This document shows, piece after piece, positions 30,396 through 39,681 of a stretch of 64,000 nt of DNA; position 1 is the stretch's first letter; every line of letters starts with the position of its first letter. The notes under the pieces were generated by a model. The model searched no databases. It saw only the letters and a program-made list of their open reading frames with translations, and was not told the origin of the DNA. The DNA comes from Candidatus Borrarchaeum weybense (lineage in GTDB: Archaea; Asgardarchaeota; Sifarchaeia; Borrarchaeales; Borrarchaeaceae), in contig JAHQJS010000008.1 in the NCBI GenBank assembly GCA_019057385.1, positions 32,001 through 96,000 of the forward strand. Direction: 5' to 3'. A program made the translations under genes and the position numbers.

Positions 30396-30440
30396 ACTGA
30401 TACGTTCTTCTTCCTTAATACTTGTTGGAAGGAAAGAATT

Positions 30441-30902
30441 ATGCCAAATTACAAATATTCAATTTATGGTCTGGATCCAGATAGAACTGCTAAAGCAAGC
30501 GGCAGAGACTTAAGAATTTCACCGAAGCATGCAAGAGAGATTTGCGATGCTTTAAAAGATATGGATCTCGACAAGGCGAAGGAATTCCTCGAAGATGTAA
30601 TTGATATGAAGAAAATGGTGCCATTGAAGCGTCATAAAAGAAAAAAGCCGCATCATAAAGGCCTAAATAAGTGGTATGCGGGTGCGTATCCTGTAAAAGC
30701 AGCCGATGCTATTTTGACTATCCTTGATAATGCAGAAGCAAATGCGGAGTATAAAGGGCTTGATATTGACAGATGTAGGCTTATTCATATTGTGGCGCAT
30801 CGAGCAATGAAGATTAAGAACTATATTTCTCGCGCCTTTGGAAAATCGTCACCATATTTTAATACGTTAACACATATTGAGGTTATAGTTGAAGAACAGT
30901 AA
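30441..30902 (+). CDS. rpl22: 50S ribosomal protein L22 (uL22)
   Basis: LRISPKHAREIC, YPVKAA, LTHIEV. Confidence 0.95.
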   Translation: MPNYKYSIYGLDPDRTAKASGRDLRISPKHAREICDALKDMDLDKAKEFLEDVIDMKKMVPLKRHKRKKPHHKGLNKWYAGAYPVKAADAILTILDNAEANAEYKGLDIDRCRLIHIVAHRAMKIKNYISRAFGKSSPYFNTLTHIEVIVEEQ

Positions 30903-30953
30903 ATGTGAGTTTAGACTGTAAAAAATCCTAATGATAAACCTGGGGGGAAAAAA

Positions 30954-31652
30954 ATCCCAACGAAGAATCATTTCATCGAAAAAGGCATATTACAAAATGA
31001 TATTGACGAATATTTCAGATCCAAACTCGCACGTGCGGGTTATAGTAACTTGGAGATATTCAAAACACCACTTGGTACTCGTGTTATTATTAATGCTGAA
31101 CGTCCTGGTATGATAATTGGTCGCCGAGGTCGAAGCGTTAAAGAACTTACGATTGACCTTGAACAGCGGTTTAACCTCGAAAACCCTCAGATTGAAGTAA
31201 ATCAAATTGACGTACCTGAGTTAGATGCAAAAGTTATGGTCCAGAGAATTGCTAGCGGGTTAGCTAGAGGTATACATTTTAGACGTGCAGGATATAGCGT
31301 CTTAAGACTAGTAATGAAAGCAGGAGCCAGAGGCGTAGAAATTACCATCAAGGGAAAGATTACAAGCCAACGTGCTCGAACAGAAAAATTTCGAGAAGGT
31401 TTTGTTGCAAAATGCGGCGAGCCTGCCTTACTATATGTAGATCAAGCAACAACCCATGTGCCACGAAAAAGCGGTGTCCTTGGTGTCACCGTAAAGATTA
31501 TGCTCCCTCAGGGAGTACTTCCTGACGAAGTAGAATTTATTCCTGGAACCAAACCTGATGAAAAAGAAATCGTTGAAAGCCCGATTGATGAACTGATCGA
31601 AGAAGAACCAGAGAATAAAGAATCTGACAGTGATGAAGAGGTGTCCGATTAA
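30954..31652 (+). CDS. rps3: 30S ribosomal protein S3 (uS3); homologous N-terminus begins near ATC 30954
   Basis: Frame is open upstream of track start 31050 and encodes IPTKNHFIEKGILQNDIDEYFRSKLARAGYS, then KTPLGTRV, RPGMIIGRRG. Confidence 0.9.
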   Translation: MPTKNHFIEKGILQNDIDEYFRSKLARAGYSNLEIFKTPLGTRVIINAERPGMIIGRRGRSVKELTIDLEQRFNLENPQIEVNQIDVPELDAKVMVQRIASGLARGIHFRRAGYSVLRLVMKAGARGVEITIKGKITSQRARTEKFREGFVAKCGEPALLYVDQATTHVPRKSGVLGVTVKIMLPQGVLPDEVEFIPGTKPDEKEIVESPIDELIEEEPENKESDSDEEVSD

Positions 31653-31861
31653 TGGCGATATTACGTTCTAAAGAAATTAGAACAATGGAACCTTCTGCTA
31701 GACTAAAAAAATTGATGGAACTCAGAGCAGAATATATGGAAAATAAGGCAAAGATAGCAACTGGAGGGGCCTTAGAGAGCCCTGGACGAGTAAAAGCATT
31801 AAGAAGAACTATTGCCCGACTAGTTACCATCATTCGTGAAGAAGAAGCGAAATCAAAATGA
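31652..31861 (+). CDS. rpl29: 50S ribosomal protein L29 (uL29)
   Basis: MAILRSKEIR...PGRVKALRRTIARLVT; operon position. Confidence 0.93.
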   Translation: MAILRSKEIRTMEPSARLKKLMELRAEYMENKAKIATGGALESPGRVKALRRTIARLVTIIREEEAKSK

Positions 31862-32136
31862 CATTAAACCGTAATGCAAAGATCCTGTTAAGTCGTGAAT
31901 TCATTGGTTTGAGAATAAAGGTTATGAAATCCACTCATAGTGAGCTATGTGGTATATTCGGTACGATTATTGATGAAACTAAGAATACGTTAGTAATTTA
32001 CCATAAAGGAAAACCCAAAATCGTTCCAAAAAAGTATTCTACATTTCATTGCATTTTACCTGATGAGAAAATCATTGAAATCGAGGGAAAACTGTTAGTT
32101 GGACGTCCTGAAGATCGTATAAAGAAAAAACGGTGA
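31858..32136 (+). CDS. rnp1: Ribonuclease P protein component 1 (Rpp29/Pop4)
   Basis: EFIGL, GTIIDETKNTL, VPK, GRPEDRIK. Confidence 0.92.
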   Translation: MTLNRNAKILLSREFIGLRIKVMKSTHSELCGIFGTIIDETKNTLVIYHKGKPKIVPKKYSTFHCILPDEKIIEIEGKLLVGRPEDRIKKKR

Positions 32137-32142
32137 GATTGA

Positions 32143-32469
32143 ATGATAAGAAATATTGGGCTAGATGTGGATCCCCCAAAAAGTATATGTGAGGATCATC
32201 ATTGTCCTTTTCATGGGATCAACCCAGTGCGTATTCGAGGAAGGATATTTTCTGGGGTTATTGAAAATGATAAAATGGATAACACTGTCATTGTTCGACA
32301 AGATTATCTGAAATATAGTCGAAAGTTCAACCGATATGAGCGTGCAACTTCGCATATTCCCGCACATAATCCACCTTGTATAGATGCAAAAAAGGGTGAC
32401 AGAGTAAGAATAGCAGAATGCCGACCCATCAGTAAAACAGTATCTTTTGTCGTTGTTGAAAAACTATAG
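32143..32469 (+). CDS. rps17: 30S ribosomal protein S17 (uS17)
   Basis: [19 protein letters not shown]. Confidence 0.95.
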   Translation: MIRNIGLDVDPPKSICEDHHCPFHGINPVRIRGRIFSGVIENDKMDNTVIVRQDYLKYSRKFNRYERATSHIPAHNPPCIDAKKGDRVRIAECRPISKTVSFVVVEKL

Positions 32470-32488
32470 AAATTGGAGGAATAACTCA

Positions 32489-32911
32489 ATGTCAAAAAGA
32501 GGACGTGCATCTGGTAGTGCCTATAAAGTAGGTGTTACTAAAGGTTTACCTTTAGGTGCTGTCTTAAAATGCGCAGATAATTCTGGCGCAAAAGTTCTGA
32601 AAATTATTGCAGTTCTAAGATATGGAGGAAGGCTACGTCGTCTTGCATCAGCCGCTGTTGGGGATATGGTGGTTGTTTCAGTAAAGAAAGGAACGCCACA
32701 GATGCGCAGACAGGTTATTAACGCTGTTATAGTACGACAAAAAAAGCCTTATAGACGATTTGATGGCACTTGGATTTACTTTGAAGAAAATGCTGCTGTT
32801 ATTACTACACCTACAGGCGAACCCCGTGGAAGCGATATAAGAGGCCCTGTTGCGAAAGAGGCTGCTGAACGGTGGCCAAGAATCGCTAGCACTGCGAGGA
32901 TGATTATTTAG
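32489..32911 (+). CDS. rpl14: 50S ribosomal protein L14 (uL14)
   Basis: [35 protein letters not shown]; GGAGG before ATG 32489. Confidence 0.95.
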   Translation: MSKRGRASGSAYKVGVTKGLPLGAVLKCADNSGAKVLKIIAVLRYGGRLRRLASAAVGDMVVVSVKKGTPQMRRQVINAVIVRQKKPYRRFDGTWIYFEENAAVITTPTGEPRGSDIRGPVAKEAAERWPRIASTARMII

Positions 32912-32923
32912 GAGGATTTCTTA

Positions 32924-33313
32924 ATGCGAGTAAAATCAAAACAACCAAGAAAGCAACGTAAAGCGTTATTTAAAGCACATCTTCACCAAAGACAAAAACT
33001 TGTTTCCGTTCATTTATCACCTGAATTACGAGAAGAACTGGGTTTACGCTCACTTACTGTAAGAAAAGGCGATTTAGTCGTCATTAAGCGTGGAGGACTA
33101 CGTGATGTCGAAGGAAAAGTCACTGATGTCAATTTGAAGAAAATTCAGGTTTTCGTTGATGGTGCAACAAGAGACAAAGCGGATGGTACTACAATCAATA
33201 TACCTTTTCATCCCTCAAATTTGATGATTATTAAATTAAATTTAAAAGACAAGCGACGAAAAGCAATTCTCGAAAGAAAGGCAATTGGAAAGGAAGAACT
33301 GTTTGAAGAATAG
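32924..33313 (+). CDS. rpl24: 50S ribosomal protein L24 (uL24)
   Basis: SKQPRKQRK, VRKGD, HPSNLMI. Confidence 0.95.
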   Translation: MRVKSKQPRKQRKALFKAHLHQRQKLVSVHLSPELREELGLRSLTVRKGDLVVIKRGGLRDVEGKVTDVNLKKIQVFVDGATRDKADGTTINIPFHPSNLMIIKLNLKDKRRKAILERKAIGKEELFEE

Positions 33314-33327
33314 AGGTGAACATTAAA

Positions 33328-34074
33328 ATGGCGAGAATGGGAAGTAAAAAACACTTAAAGAGGCTAGCTTCGCCGCGTTTATGGCAGATCCACAGAAAAG
33401 AGGCAAAGTGGGCACCAAGAACAAGACCAGGCCCACATCCACTAAATAAATCAATACCACTTCAAATTATTATCCGTGATATGCTAGGTTATGCAAAGAC
33501 TTATCGAGAGACGAAAAAAATACTAGCAGAAGGCAATGTTCTCATTGATGGAGTAGTGCGTGCAGACGAACGTTTTCCTGTTGGACTAATGGATGTTATT
33601 GAGATTAGAAAGATAGACCAATTCTATAGAGTTCTTCCACACCCCTCAAAGGAACTTATCCTTCACGAAATAGGAGGAGAAGAAGTCACCTTTAAATTAT
33701 GTCAATTAATAAACAAGGTCACCGTTAAGAAAGGTAATATTCAATTGAATTTTCACGATGGAAGAAATATTCTGGTGAAAGTTCAAGATCCTACCAATCC
33801 TGTAGAAGATACGTATAAATCAAGAGACGTATTACAGCTCGTTCTCCCAAATCAAGAAACCATCAATCATTTTAAATTTGAAGAAGATGTCCTCGCGATT
33901 ATTATAGGTGGCAAGAACGCGGGATTAGTAGGACGTATTAATGAAATTGAAAAAAGAATTGGTCATCATGCAAGCGTCGTCACGCTTGAAAATGCTCAAG
34001 GGGAATTAATTAGAACTGCTCTTGAATATACTTTCCCTATCGGGACAGATGAACCAATAATTTCCTTGCCATAG
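33328..34074 (+). CDS. rps4e: 30S ribosomal protein S4e
   Basis: KHLKRLASP, PGPH, FPVGLMDV, NFHDGRN. Confidence 0.95.
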   Translation: MARMGSKKHLKRLASPRLWQIHRKEAKWAPRTRPGPHPLNKSIPLQIIIRDMLGYAKTYRETKKILAEGNVLIDGVVRADERFPVGLMDVIEIRKIDQFYRVLPHPSKELILHEIGGEEVTFKLCQLINKVTVKKGNIQLNFHDGRNILVKVQDPTNPVEDTYKSRDVLQLVLPNQETINHFKFEEDVLAIIIGGKNAGLVGRINEIEKRIGHHASVVTLENAQGELIRTALEYTFPIGTDEPIISLP

Positions 34075-34109
34075 TAAAACATAATCTAAAAATTCTAACG
34101 TGAACGCTT

Positions 34110-34718
34110 ATGTCAAGTATTTCAGATGAAGAAAAAGTGTCAAGTATTTCAGCTGAAGAAAAAGAGAGATTACTTAACGATTGGAAAGAATATCCTATGC
34201 GTAGCCCAAAAATTGCAAAAGTCGTTGTGAATATGGGTGTAGGAAGATCTGGAGAGTTATTGGAACGTGCTAGAAACGTTCTTGAAAGTTTGACAGATCA
34301 AATTCCAATAAATCTTATTGCAAAACAGACTATTCGTGATTTTGGAATTCGAAAAAATGAACCAATATCGTGTAAAGTGACCTTAAGAGGAGAAAAGGCA
34401 AGATCATTCTTAGAAAAAGCAATTGTTGCTGTTGATAATCAATTACTACTCAATTCCTTTGACAAATTTGGCAATTTCTCTTTTGGAATTAAAGAGCATA
34501 TTGATATTCCGGGAACACAGTATGATCCGGATTTAGGAATTTTTGGGATGGATGTATGCGTAGCTTTAGAGCGACCTGGGTATAGGATTGCTCGACGTCG
34601 TCGACAGCGTTATTCTGTTCCTATGAGGCATAGGCTTACAAAAGAAGAAGTGAGACTTTTCATGGAAGAAGAGTTTGGTGTTGAGATTGTTAAAGAACGT
34701 AGAATGAAATTCTTTTAA
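34110..34718 (+). CDS. rpl5: 50S ribosomal protein L5 (uL5)
   Basis: KVVVNMGVG, FGIRKNEPI, FSFGIKEHIDIPG, YDPDLGIFGMD. Confidence 0.95.
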   Translation: MSSISDEEKVSSISAEEKERLLNDWKEYPMRSPKIAKVVVNMGVGRSGELLERARNVLESLTDQIPINLIAKQTIRDFGIRKNEPISCKVTLRGEKARSFLEKAIVAVDNQLLLNSFDKFGNFSFGIKEHIDIPGTQYDPDLGIFGMDVCVALERPGYRIARRRRQRYSVPMRHRLTKEEVRLFMEEEFGVEIVKERRMKFF

Positions 34719-34741
34719 TGTGAATATTAGAGGTGAAATGT

Positions 34742-34891
34742 TTGCCTGAACGTGCAAAATTTGGAAAGGGAAGCCGAAGATGTAGACGGTGTGGAACTCA
34801 TAGAGGTTTGATCAGATCTCATGGCATAAATATTTGTCGCCGTTGTTTCCGGGAAGTGGCTGATAAACTTGGTTTCAAGAAATTTGGGTAA
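34742..34891 (+). CDS. rps14: 30S ribosomal protein S14 (Zn type; missed by ORF track)
   Basis: TTG start after GAGGTGA; [49 protein letters not shown]. Confidence 0.95.
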   Translation: MPERAKFGKGSRRCRRCGTHRGLIRSHGINICRRCFREVADKLGFKKFG

Positions 34892-34902
34892 AGGAGATTA
34901 AA

Positions 34903-35295
34903 ATGACTCTTATGGATACTTTAGCAAATGCAATGTCTAATGTTTATAATCATGAACTTGTTGGTAAGAAAGAAGTAATAGTTAAACCAGCGTCTAGAGT
35001 AATTGCAGCCACCTTACGCGTACTTCAAAAAGCGGGTTACGTTGGTGAATTTGAGTTTATCGACGATGGACGCGCAGGGATATTTCGAGTGCAATTATTA
35101 GGACGAATTAATAAATGTGGTGTTGTAAAGCCACGTTATCCTGTTAAGTTTAGAGATTTTGAAAGATGGGAAAAACGATATCTTCCAGCTAGAGGCTTTG
35201 GCTTGCTCGTAGTGTCAACACCCGAAGGTGTTATGTCTCATACAGATGCAAAACATCAAAAAACCGGTGGACGGCTGTTAGCTTACGTATATTAG
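34903..35295 (+). CDS. rps8: 30S ribosomal protein S8 (uS8)
   Basis: [29 protein letters not shown]. Confidence 0.95.
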   Translation: MTLMDTLANAMSNVYNHELVGKKEVIVKPASRVIAATLRVLQKAGYVGEFEFIDDGRAGIFRVQLLGRINKCGVVKPRYPVKFRDFERWEKRYLPARGFGLLVVSTPEGVMSHTDAKHQKTGGRLLAYVY

Positions 35296-35338
35296 ATCTT
35301 ACATGAAGGATTTTGACTTAAACTTTAGGTGAATTACG

Positions 35339-35881
35339 ATGGTGAAACAAGCTCTCGTTGAAGAAATGATTGAGATTCCAAGGGATGTAAGTGTGGATTT
35401 AAATGAATCTACTATAATAGTCAAAGGTCCAAAGGGAGAACTGAAAAGAGATTTTAGCCATGCTCACGTTTCAATTATAAAAGAAAATAATGTGATTAAG
35501 ACCCAAAACTACTTTCCTAGAAAAAAAGAAAGGGCACTTGTAGGTACTATTGCTTCCCATATACGAAATATGCTCAAAGGCGTGACAGATGGGTTTATTT
35601 ACAAAATGAAAATTGTGTACTCACATTTCCCGATTTCAGTAGAAGTTAGGGGTAAAGAAGTTCGTATCAAAAATTTTACCGGTGAACGTTCTCATAGAAG
35701 AGCCCGTATTATTGGACACACTTCTGTACTCATGGAAGGCAAAGATACATTGCTCATTGAGGGTATTAATATAGAAGAAGTTGCTCAAACCGCTGCAAAT
35801 ATACAACAATCGACTAAAATTAGAAAAAAGGACATTCGTGTGTTTATGGATGGCATTTACGTCTCAGAGAAAATTAAGTGA
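35339..35881 (+). CDS. rpl6: 50S ribosomal protein L6 (uL6)
   Basis: VKGPKG, VYSHFP, NFTGE, DIRVFMDGIY. Confidence 0.95.
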   Translation: MVKQALVEEMIEIPRDVSVDLNESTIIVKGPKGELKRDFSHAHVSIIKENNVIKTQNYFPRKKERALVGTIASHIRNMLKGVTDGFIYKMKIVYSHFPISVEVRGKEVRIKNFTGERSHRRARIIGHTSVLMEGKDTLLIEGINIEEVAQTAANIQQSTKIRKKDIRVFMDGIYVSEKIK

Positions 35882-35956
35882 GATTGATTGACTTTTTCCA
35901 AAAACTCAAAGTCTTGTTTTGCTGATTTGTAAAGAATGAGATATCTTATTTTATAA

Positions 35957-36100
35957 GTGAACTACCTCACGCTAAAGCAGTGAGGCTTCCTGTTTCTGCG
36001 ACCATACTTGCCTCAACGTAGGCTATCTGATTCAGATACTCCAACATTAAGGTAGAGGTATTAGTCTCCACAGGCGTGACTTCGGTAGGTCCCCTACCTA
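35957..36100 (-). ncRNA. Putative omega-RNA (reRNA) scaffold overlapping the tnpB 3' end
   Basis: taggtaggggacctacc hairpin, gcctgtggag, terminal hairpin and TTCAC end. Guide would be the flank from 35956 downward (ttataaaataagatatctca). Confidence 0.7.
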
Positions 36101-37238
36101 GTAACCTACGCCCTTCGTGTTCTAGCACACAACTGCTGTTATAATCACGGTCTATCACTAGACCACAGTGGTGACATGCATAGGTGCGTTCGGCTAAACT
36201 CATGGGGCGCTGATGACCGCAACGCGAACAAGTCTTTGTGGAGGGGAAGAAACGGTCAATTTCCACCGGTGTATGCACCTTTGTTTCAAGCATGCGAATT
36301 ATCCCACCCAGGCTGGTTGATAGCATTCTGTTACCCCATAGGCGTTGCCAGGCGCGTAAATTCTCAGTTTGATAACATACCATTTGGAAATTAATGGCAA
36401 GGAAATGAACCAGTTTATTACGAATGTCTCGTTTTATATTGGTAGTTTTGGCATATGCTTTGAGCAACTTATAGAGCGTTTTCCACCAATTCTTACTGCG
36501 ATACTGTTTACGACTTAATTGCTTACACAACTGCTTTATACGGCGTGTAACTGGCACCTTGTAGCGTATACGCACACCGTTCGACAGCGATAACTGATGC
36601 TTTACCCCAAAATCAATGCCAATTGATTGGGTTGGCATTACCATCGCCGGTCTGTGTTCTCGCGGCGTATAGGTAGTTATGGATACGTAATAATCGCCAT
36701 GCTGGTGCAGTAGGGTAGCATTGGCACATTCACAATTGGACGGTAGTTGTTCCAAGCCGTTGACACGCAGTTTTTGCGGTATCCTTTGAATGTGCAAGTA
36801 TTTCCTGTTGATAAGCTTGTAGGTATTGCCGTATTGCTTGAGCGGGATGGAATTCACATATGACTTAAACTTCAACCTCCCCACTTTACGACCCTTCGCT
36901 TTCGCACGCGCTAAGCTATGGATATTCTGTTGGGTGCGCGTGATGATGCTCTGACGCATGTGTGACGATAACTGCCCTAATTGGCGCATCTCAAACTGAT
37001 CTTTAACCTTCACTGACACGGCTGTGATTTTATCATCGATAGAGAACACGTTAGGGTGGCTAACACAATAATTATACCGCCATTTAGCTTCTAAGAATAA
37101 GCGCTTCAAGCGAATTAACGAATCTTTGTTTAAGTGCGAATGGTCTAGCTTCACGGTATACACCCGACACTTCATGTGTTTACGCCGCTCCTTAGTGTCC
37201 TTCAAGGTATTTTTGATCTGTTCGTTCTTTGTTAACAT
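35967..37238 (-). CDS. tnpB: RNA-guided endonuclease TnpB
   Basis: RuvC-I GIDFG, RuvC-II CYQTENL, Zn finger CSRC/CHHC, RuvC-III DRDYN. Likely start ATG 37238 (track 37256). Confidence 0.93.
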   Translation of the reverse strand: MLTKNEQIKNTLKDTKERRKHMKCRVYTVKLDHSHLNKDSLIRLKRLFLEAKWRYNYCVSHPNVFSIDDKITAVSVKVKDQFEMRQLGQLSSHMRQSIITRTQQNIHSLARAKAKGRKVGRLKFKSYVNSIPLKQYGNTYKLINRKYLHIQRIPQKLRVNGLEQLPSNCECANATLLHQHGDYYVSITTYTPREHRPAMVMPTQSIGIDFGVKHQLSLSNGVRIRYKVPVTRRIKQLCKQLSRKQYRSKNWWKTLYKLLKAYAKTTNIKRDIRNKLVHFLAINFQMVCYQTENLRAWQRLWGNRMLSTSLGGIIRMLETKVHTPVEIDRFFPSTKTCSRCGHQRPMSLAERTYACHHCGLVIDRDYNSSCVLEHEGRRLLGRGPTEVTPVETNTSTLMLEYLNQIAYVEASMVAETGSLTALA

Positions 37239-37481
37239 GGTATGAGTGCTCCGCACAACTTACAATAACTCGTTAATAATGTACAACATAATTGCTCACT
37301 CTGTGTACTCCATCCCTGTTTATAAACTCAGCAAAAAGTAGCACAAAGTTAAAAAATGTAAAATCCTGACACCATTCATCCCCAGGCTCAAGCAATGGGG
37401 CTTTCTTGTGTTATCTTATGTAAGCTTGCTGTTTGAGACAATCTCAAATTCACATTTTAAAAGATAAATTATCTTGCTTAT

Positions 37482-37889
37482 TTATTTGAGCGGTACAAAT
37501 TGAGAACTCTTAGTAGCTCCAACACCAGGATTACCATGATTTACCCTTTTACATGTCGGGGCGAGTTCACCCAAATACTTACCAATCATTTCTGGTCTTA
37601 TTGTGACCTCTATGAAAGTTATTCCATTGTATATGCCGATTGTGAAACCGACGAGTTCAGGTAAGACAACCATGTCCCTATTGTGTGTTCGAATAATTAC
37701 CTTCTTTCCTTTTTTGACCGCGCGCCTTGCTTTCCTAATATTTTCTAATAACTTTTTTTGTCGTGGTGGTAGACCGCGTAATAAAGATCTCCGCTGTCGT
37801 GCTGGTAATAGTTTAATGATGTCATCCATAGACATTTTTTGTAACTCATCAAGAGTGTGGCCGCGATATGTGAAAACCTTCTTGGACAT
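37482..37889 (-). CDS. rps19: 30S ribosomal protein S19 (uS19)
   Basis: [45 protein letters not shown]. Confidence 0.96.
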   Translation of the reverse strand: MSKKVFTYRGHTLDELQKMSMDDIIKLLPARQRRSLLRGLPPRQKKLLENIRKARRAVKKGKKVIIRTHNRDMVVLPELVGFTIGIYNGITFIEVTIRPEMIGKYLGELAPTCKRVNHGNPGVGATKSSQFVPLK

Positions 37890-37953
37890 CAGAAATCACC
37901 TTTTTCTTGCACTACAAAGGATGTTCAGCTCCTTTTAAGAACCTTACGATTAT

Positions 37954-39474
37954 TTATAAAACAGCTGAATGGTTGATAAAATTCCACGTTTTATGATAAT
38001 CATCAATCTTTTCATGAGAGGAAAGACCAGCCTTAAGGTTATCAGGCTGTGCGCTCGTCACCGAGTTCAGGACATGCTTCATTACTACTGTTTTTTTCAG
38101 TATTTCGGCAGTCTTGAAGGAGGTTATCCCGCTGTGCTCAAAGAGGTCATGAATCATCGACCATCTACGGTAAGGACTGCCCTTTTTCAAACGAGGTTCT
38201 ATGAACTCCCCGACTTGTGAGAGCACCCAATTGTAGACGGCTGGAACTGCTTCCTTGAAACCCAGCCCTCTTCGAGCTATTACATAACTTGCTAAATGAT
38301 GTACCATCAAATTATGTAATCCTGAATATTTGTATTTCCCAATGAGGGAAGTATATCCGGGAAATACCTTTCGGAAGGACACACCGCGCTTTTTACACTT
38401 TCTCTCTAACAAATGCAGGGCGGTGGTCTTTAAGTTGTTTAATTTTCGATTGCGTTTTATATTGTAGGAAAATTCTTGATCGAATTGTAAGTCCTCTACC
38501 ACGATTCCTTTACCTTTATTGATGCAATAATTAACGATTTTATCCATTTTATAAGAGATGTAATCGTTACGCTTGTTTTTTCTATATGTATGAAGGTTAC
38601 CAAAAGATATGGTATGATAGGAAAGAAGTTTACCATATGCATTTACATTTGTTAAAGCAACAAAATTATAGTTAAAATCCAGTCCGATCGCGCCAGATAT
38701 ATATCCGTAGAGTGGTGCAGGCTCTGAAATCTCATAAGATACATGAGCATAGTAGCGGAGTTCTCCCTTTATGAGCTGTCTTTTCACGGTTACAGTGTAT
38801 TTGTCGAGATTAAGAATTTCCTGAAACCATTGTTCCTGCACATGGTTTAATGACATGGGAAAAATGAGCCATTTACGTCCTTTTTGTTTAGAGAAGGTGC
38901 GTAACTTAACCGTTTTATCTGGTAATACTTTGATATTATCGTTTGTTGACCTCGTCTTTCCAATACACTTAAAGGAAGAATCACGTCTAATCTTAAACGC
39001 CTCTCTACTTATCTTGCCAAGGATTCGGTCTCTAAATAATTTCTTACCACCAAACACCACGGGTTTAAGCATTAAATTGTTTACTTTAGCCAGTAGGGAG
39101 GATCTACGCGCGTATAATCCCTTTAGCCTTCTGTCGTGCTTATTCTTTTCCTTTATTGTGTTGATTTTCTTGGTAATGACTGTTAATTGTTGCTGCATGT
39201 ATTTCCGTTGTTTTTCTAGCCATGTCTTTTGTGCTTCCAATTTCTGATTGTTATCAATCAGGATGGTGTTAACATAGGCGTTATTGTGACATACGCTCAT
39301 CAAACACTGCTGTATTGTTCTTACTTCTCCAAATCTGTCAGCAATATATTTCTCACCATAGAACAGCAGGTTATAACCGATCCTTTTCACCCGGTTATAG
39401 ATAGTGAAAATCTCATGTAGAGCATATTCCTGTTTTTTGTCGGGATAGATTCGAAATTTAACCGTTTGAATCAT
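37954..39474 (-). CDS. TnpB-related protein, atypical (no Zn finger, non-canonical RuvC-III)
   Basis: MIQTVKFRIYP N-terminus, VVFGGK, RuvC-I GLDFN, RuvC-II IVVEDL, then PGYTSLIGKYKY..HHLASYVIARRGLGFKE. Confidence 0.85.
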   Translation of the reverse strand: MIQTVKFRIYPDKKQEYALHEIFTIYNRVKRIGYNLLFYGEKYIADRFGEVRTIQQCLMSVCHNNAYVNTILIDNNQKLEAQKTWLEKQRKYMQQQLTVITKKINTIKEKNKHDRRLKGLYARRSSLLAKVNNLMLKPVVFGGKKLFRDRILGKISREAFKIRRDSSFKCIGKTRSTNDNIKVLPDKTVKLRTFSKQKGRKWLIFPMSLNHVQEQWFQEILNLDKYTVTVKRQLIKGELRYYAHVSYEISEPAPLYGYISGAIGLDFNYNFVALTNVNAYGKLLSYHTISFGNLHTYRKNKRNDYISYKMDKIVNYCINKGKGIVVEDLQFDQEFSYNIKRNRKLNNLKTTALHLLERKCKKRGVSFRKVFPGYTSLIGKYKYSGLHNLMVHHLASYVIARRGLGFKEAVPAVYNWVLSQVGEFIEPRLKKGSPYRRWSMIHDLFEHSGITSFKTAEILKKTVVMKHVLNSVTSAQPDNLKAGLSSHEKIDDYHKTWNFINHSAVL

Positions 39475-39681
39475 TGTGTTTCTCCCTTACCTTCCCCTAA
39501 AGTCTTTTTTTGGCCTTATCAGAAAATTATTATACAATATTATATATGTATCTGCTGGTTTATATAGTTTTTGATGTTTATAAAGGCGTATAAATCTCAA
39601 ACGTTTCCTTATGTTATATGCATAATATCTGGGTAATATTTTTAAACAGTATAGTCTATATAACTATTCAGGGAATGGAAT

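Larger units (their letters stand above)
35957..37419 (-). mobile_element. Complete IS200/IS605-family TnpB-only (IS1341-type) element
   Basis: Left end (minus strand): TTAC|ataagataacacaag-AAAG-ccccattgcttgagcctgggg-atgaatg. Right end: caGGAAG-cctcactgctttagcgtgagg-tagtTCAC|. Higher GC than flanks; contains only tnpB. Confidence 0.88.

Noticed and set aside
30931-31113. 60-aa ORF overlapping rps3 as an independent gene
   Set aside because: Out-of-frame overlap with the conserved S3 N-terminus; relevant only as a possible frameshift entry point.
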